Assembly: GCA_964016885.1 (NCBI GenBank)
Contig: OZ024744.1
Location: 36,704,001-36,768,000 of the forward strand
Length of the DNA stretch: 64,000 nucleotides
Reading direction: 5' to 3'
DNA from: Eledone cirrhosa
Lineage: Eukaryota
Shown here: in pieces, positions 59,900 through 64,000 of the stretch
Layout of the letters: each line of letters opens with the position of its first letter
Numbering within the stretch: position 1 is the stretch's first letter
Program-made: the position numbers and the translations under genes
The notes under the pieces: generated by a model
What the model saw: only the letters and a program-made list of their open reading frames with translations
The model's database searches: none
What the model was told of the DNA's origin: nothing

Positions 59900-61641
59900 T
59901 ATATACATATATATATATGTATATGTACATAGATATATAAGCATGTGTGAATTAGAATACGGAGGCGATTGAACATTTTGAAAACGGAGAAGCTCGCACC
60001 GCAAATTGACTCTGTTGGGCACATGAACCGCTACAATGGTATAAAGTGGACATTAGAGTACGTGGCATTCGAAAATAAGGCGTATGGCTTCGATTCCCAC
60101 GCACGCCGTAACTATAATTATGACAATGCACTGGAAGTAAATTGTCACGAGCTGTTATTGTGTCATTCTTGTAAGAGAAGGGAACTTTGAAGTGAAATCT
60201 GCTGGAGATTCTGTTTAAGCCTTTCATCAGATAATATTAAATGCAGTTTAAAGACTTGAACTCGTATTGTAAAACCGTTTCTCACTATAATCCAATGATG
60301 GACATATGTCTATTTTGCCATCTTCTTATCTGTCCTTCAATCTGTATATCTTCAGAGCCCTATTTTGTTTTCCTATGACAAGCCAGGATATTGATTCTTG
60401 GTCTTACATAAACACAGCAGAAGACTTATTCTATTTAAAATGTTATTCAGTCACAGTTGCTGTTGGTGTATCACTCCAGACTGCTCCAATAAAATACCAT
60501 ACACTTCCGAGGGAAATAGATGCGGTTTCTGGCAATTATGATGGCCGTCTCATATATCAGATATCAGAGTTTTGTTGGGGTTATTTGTGTAGCAATGCTG
60601 GCGTATGTCATTTTCATAAACGGAGAGATGCTGATGGTGAAGAAATCGAAGGATCATAAAAACAACAATATTATGTGAAGAATGACTAATCACAATATAT
60701 ATTTATAAATATATGCATACATACATACGTACGTACGTACATATATACATACATACAAACAAGTTGATGTGTAACGTCTTGTATCTATGTTTAGAAACCG
60801 ACTCTCTAAAGGTAAACATTTATAAAATTATAAAACCAGAACAAACATACATACATATATACATACGTGCGTACATATATAGATATATGCATATATACAT
60901 ATATACATACATATACACATACATATATATACATACATACGTACATATATACTAATATATATATTCATTCATACATATATATACATACATATATATGTAA
61001 AACATACCAAAAATGTTGCATCTAATAACTGCATATACACATGTACAGATACAAAGCATATACACATGCACACATACAACTCAAAACATCCACATCCACA
61101 CATACAATAACATCCATATCTACACATGCCTGCATACAGACATGCAGACATATCTACCCAGTTGATGTTGTGTAAATTCCAATGAAAGTGGCTTGTGCCT
61201 ATGTTAGAAACCGACTCTCTCTCTATATTGGTAACAAATTTGTGAAATTATAAAACCAGAAGAACATACATACATATATGCATAGATGCGTACATATATA
61301 TATACATACATACGTACATATATACATATATACATATATGCATATATACGTACATACATAAATACATACATATATACATACATACATACATATTGAAATA
61401 GAAATAGAATCTTCCCAGTTACATTAAGTAAATAATATAGACTAATAACTGGGCGTATGAATCCACTTATCGGGTAAAAGATGGGCTACCAGAATTATGT
61501 GTGCTCATACCCATCTTTGTCTATTTCTAGTTTAATTCTAAAAAAATTTCGCTCACTGCGTTCCAAACATACTTCTTTTATATACATACACACATATATA
61601 TATATATATGTGTGTGTAGGTGCATACATATATACACACAT

Positions 61642-61677
<36 letters not shown>

Positions 61678-61756
61678 TTATGTGTGTACATATATATATA
61701 TATATATATACATACATACATATATATAGATATATAGATATATACACACATACATA

Positions 61757-61806
<50 letters not shown>

Positions 61807-61835
61807 TACACACATATATATGTATATATACATAC

Positions 61836-61866
<31 letters not shown>

Positions 61867-61921
61867 CACATATATATATTTATATATATATATATTTGCA
61901 TATATATATATATACACATAA

Positions 61922-62049
<128 letters not shown>

Positions 62050-62504
62050 TTATATATATATATACATACATACATATATATATAAGTATGTGCGTGCGTG
62101 TGTATTTGTCTATTTCTATATTTTTACTTCCTTGTCTCTCGAGTGTCTTTCATTTACTTTCCTTCACACCCTGGCGTCTCTACTTTCTTTTCCTATTTCT
62201 TACTCAATCTTTCCCCCACGATCTCACTATAATAAATTGCCTCATATGTCAAAACCTTTTTCTTCTTCTTCTTTCTCCGCCTCCCCCTCTTCGTCATCAT
62301 CATCATCATCGTCATCTCTAAAACAACACGATCACTATCTTCATTCTTTTCCAGTTCAACTCTTCAATGTACATTTTATTTCTTTTCTCTAGTTGTACAT
62401 ATTTTTTTCTCCTCTCTGTCTTCGAAAATAATCACATTGCCAATGCAAAATTAGGTTTGAAGACAAGCAAACAGTACGGTAGAAGAGGGTAATTTCTATT
62501 CTAT

Positions 62505-62639
<135 letters not shown>

Positions 62640-63159
62640 CTCTCTTCCCCTCCCTCTCTCTCTCTCTTTCTCCCTCTCTTGTCTAAGTCAGGAGATAAGA
62701 ATTTACCTCTTTGTAATTTTGAGAGAACTCCAATAAGTTGAAACCAAAATGGCGCAAACACTTTGTCTTTCATTTTTATTCATTTTATTTTATTCGATAA
62801 ATGAACTGTTGTTTTTTTTTTTTCATTTTTTTTTTCATACTAAAGAGAGATCTATGTTAAGAAAACATGGCAGCAACTACTGAAGCAATAAGCATAGAAA
62901 TGTTGTAAAGATGTGAAAGTAAATACTGAATTAAAAAAGAAAACATAGATTAAGCATCAATGAAAATTATGAGGAGGAAATAAAAAAAACAACCCAACTA
63001 TCTTTATTCTTATTCATAGAAGAAGACTCATTACTAAAAACAGTTGTAAGCATTCATAGACACGATTCATAGAGAGTAATCTACTATCAGCATTCCGTAT
63101 TCTAAACATCAGCGGAGGATATTCGCTTCAGTTTTGCAAACCACAAAATAGATTCACAA

Positions 63160-63400
63160 ACAAGAGGAAGCCTATACGAGGACGCCTGTAGCCATGGGAC
63201 ATTCATGCAAGTTTCTTTTCTCCTCGCCATCAATATTGTCTTCATGAAAAGTAAGGGCAGATACAGTTTGGTACCAACTCATTTTCCACAGTCGAATGAA
63301 CTCCGGCAATATCAAATAGAGTCACTTGCTCAAGAACAGAACGGAAACGGGCCGAGGATAGAAATCATGACTTTCAGATTGTGAGTTAAACACCCTGATG
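63160..63400 (-). mobile_element. Decayed tRNA/CORE-like SINE
   Basis: Minus strand: tRNA-like head, then tcttgagcaagtgactctattt...gttcattcgactgtggaaaatgagt, resembling CORE-SINE bodies (from memory). Confidence 0.45.
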
Positions 63401-63479
63401 CACATGACTTTTACAAACTACTAAAAGATGGGCTAGGCCCATTTTGATGATAGTTCTAGTAAATTAGGATGACCTGTGC

Positions 63480-63626
63480 TAAACAAACAAAAACAAAAAC
63501 AAAAACAAAAACAAAAACAAAAAAAAACATCAACAACAACAGTACAGAAACAACAAGAAAAAGAACAACACCAGCAGCAACAACAACAACCACGGTAACA
63601 ACAACAGCAGCAGCAACAACAACACC

Positions 63627-63658
<32 letters not shown>

Positions 63659-63740
63659 CAATAACAACAACAACAACAACAACAACAGCAACACATCAAC
63701 ACAACAATAGCAACAACTACAACATCAGCAACACATCATC

Positions 63741-63781
<41 letters not shown>

Positions 63782-63945
63782 CGCAACAAGAATAACCACA
63801 ACAACAACAAAAACACTGCTACAGTCAACATATCCATGACGACAAAAATAACCGCAACATAATAACAACAACTACAATAGCAATATCAATACAACAAGAA
63901 CCTAACAACAGCGGCAACACAAAAACAACAACGAAACAACAACAT
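63480..63945. repeat. Compound (AAAAAC)n/(AAC)n/(ACC)n low-complexity repeat
   Basis: Direct reading. Confidence 0.95.
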
Positions 63946-64000
63946 CGAATTAATTTTTTCTTCTTTCTTTTGATAGGATGTCGATCACTGATTGTGTAAC

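Noticed and set aside
60300-60660. 117-aa ORF as a possible host exon
   Set aside because: It has no recognisable domain or convincing splice context. The minus strand weakly resembles a decayed LINE C terminus with multiple stops.
60763-61310. ~400-bp-period local duplication containing a SINE-tail-like ttgtgcctatgttagaaa
   Set aside because: It is short, diverged and embedded in microsatellite, with no sign of function.

Overview
This is an AT-rich, microsatellite-dense animal genomic window. It is most likely a cephalopod (Octopus-like), inferred from the SINE types and the (TA)n/(CA)n/(ATT)n density. I found no convincing host gene; almost everything is retroelement-derived and falls into two compartments. 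(1) The (TA)n compartments (about 1-13.2 kb and 43.5-60.3 kb) are filled with Penelope-like elements (PLEs): Naiad-type, Neptune-type and a Cys-linker type with an open RT+GIY-YIG frame. They carry about 20 hammerhead-ribozyme (HHR) motifs, several with non-canonical cores, and at least 7 fold-back palindromes from 120 bp to 5.5 kb. (2) A 26-kb nest (16.06-42.04 kb) sits inside an (ATT)n microsatellite. It holds four same-orientation Tx1-clade LINEs (one fully intact), two R4/Dong-type RLE fragments and two tRNA-derived SINEs, plus a 7.39-kb tandem duplication. Main leads: a conserved splice donor overlapping the Tx1 ORF1 stop that would fuse ORF1 and ORF2 in frame; a SINE 3' tail shared with the Tx1 LINE; PLE palindromes whose fold points sit at or inside the ribozyme; and variant HHR cores. 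All alignments, folds and difference counts were done by eye.
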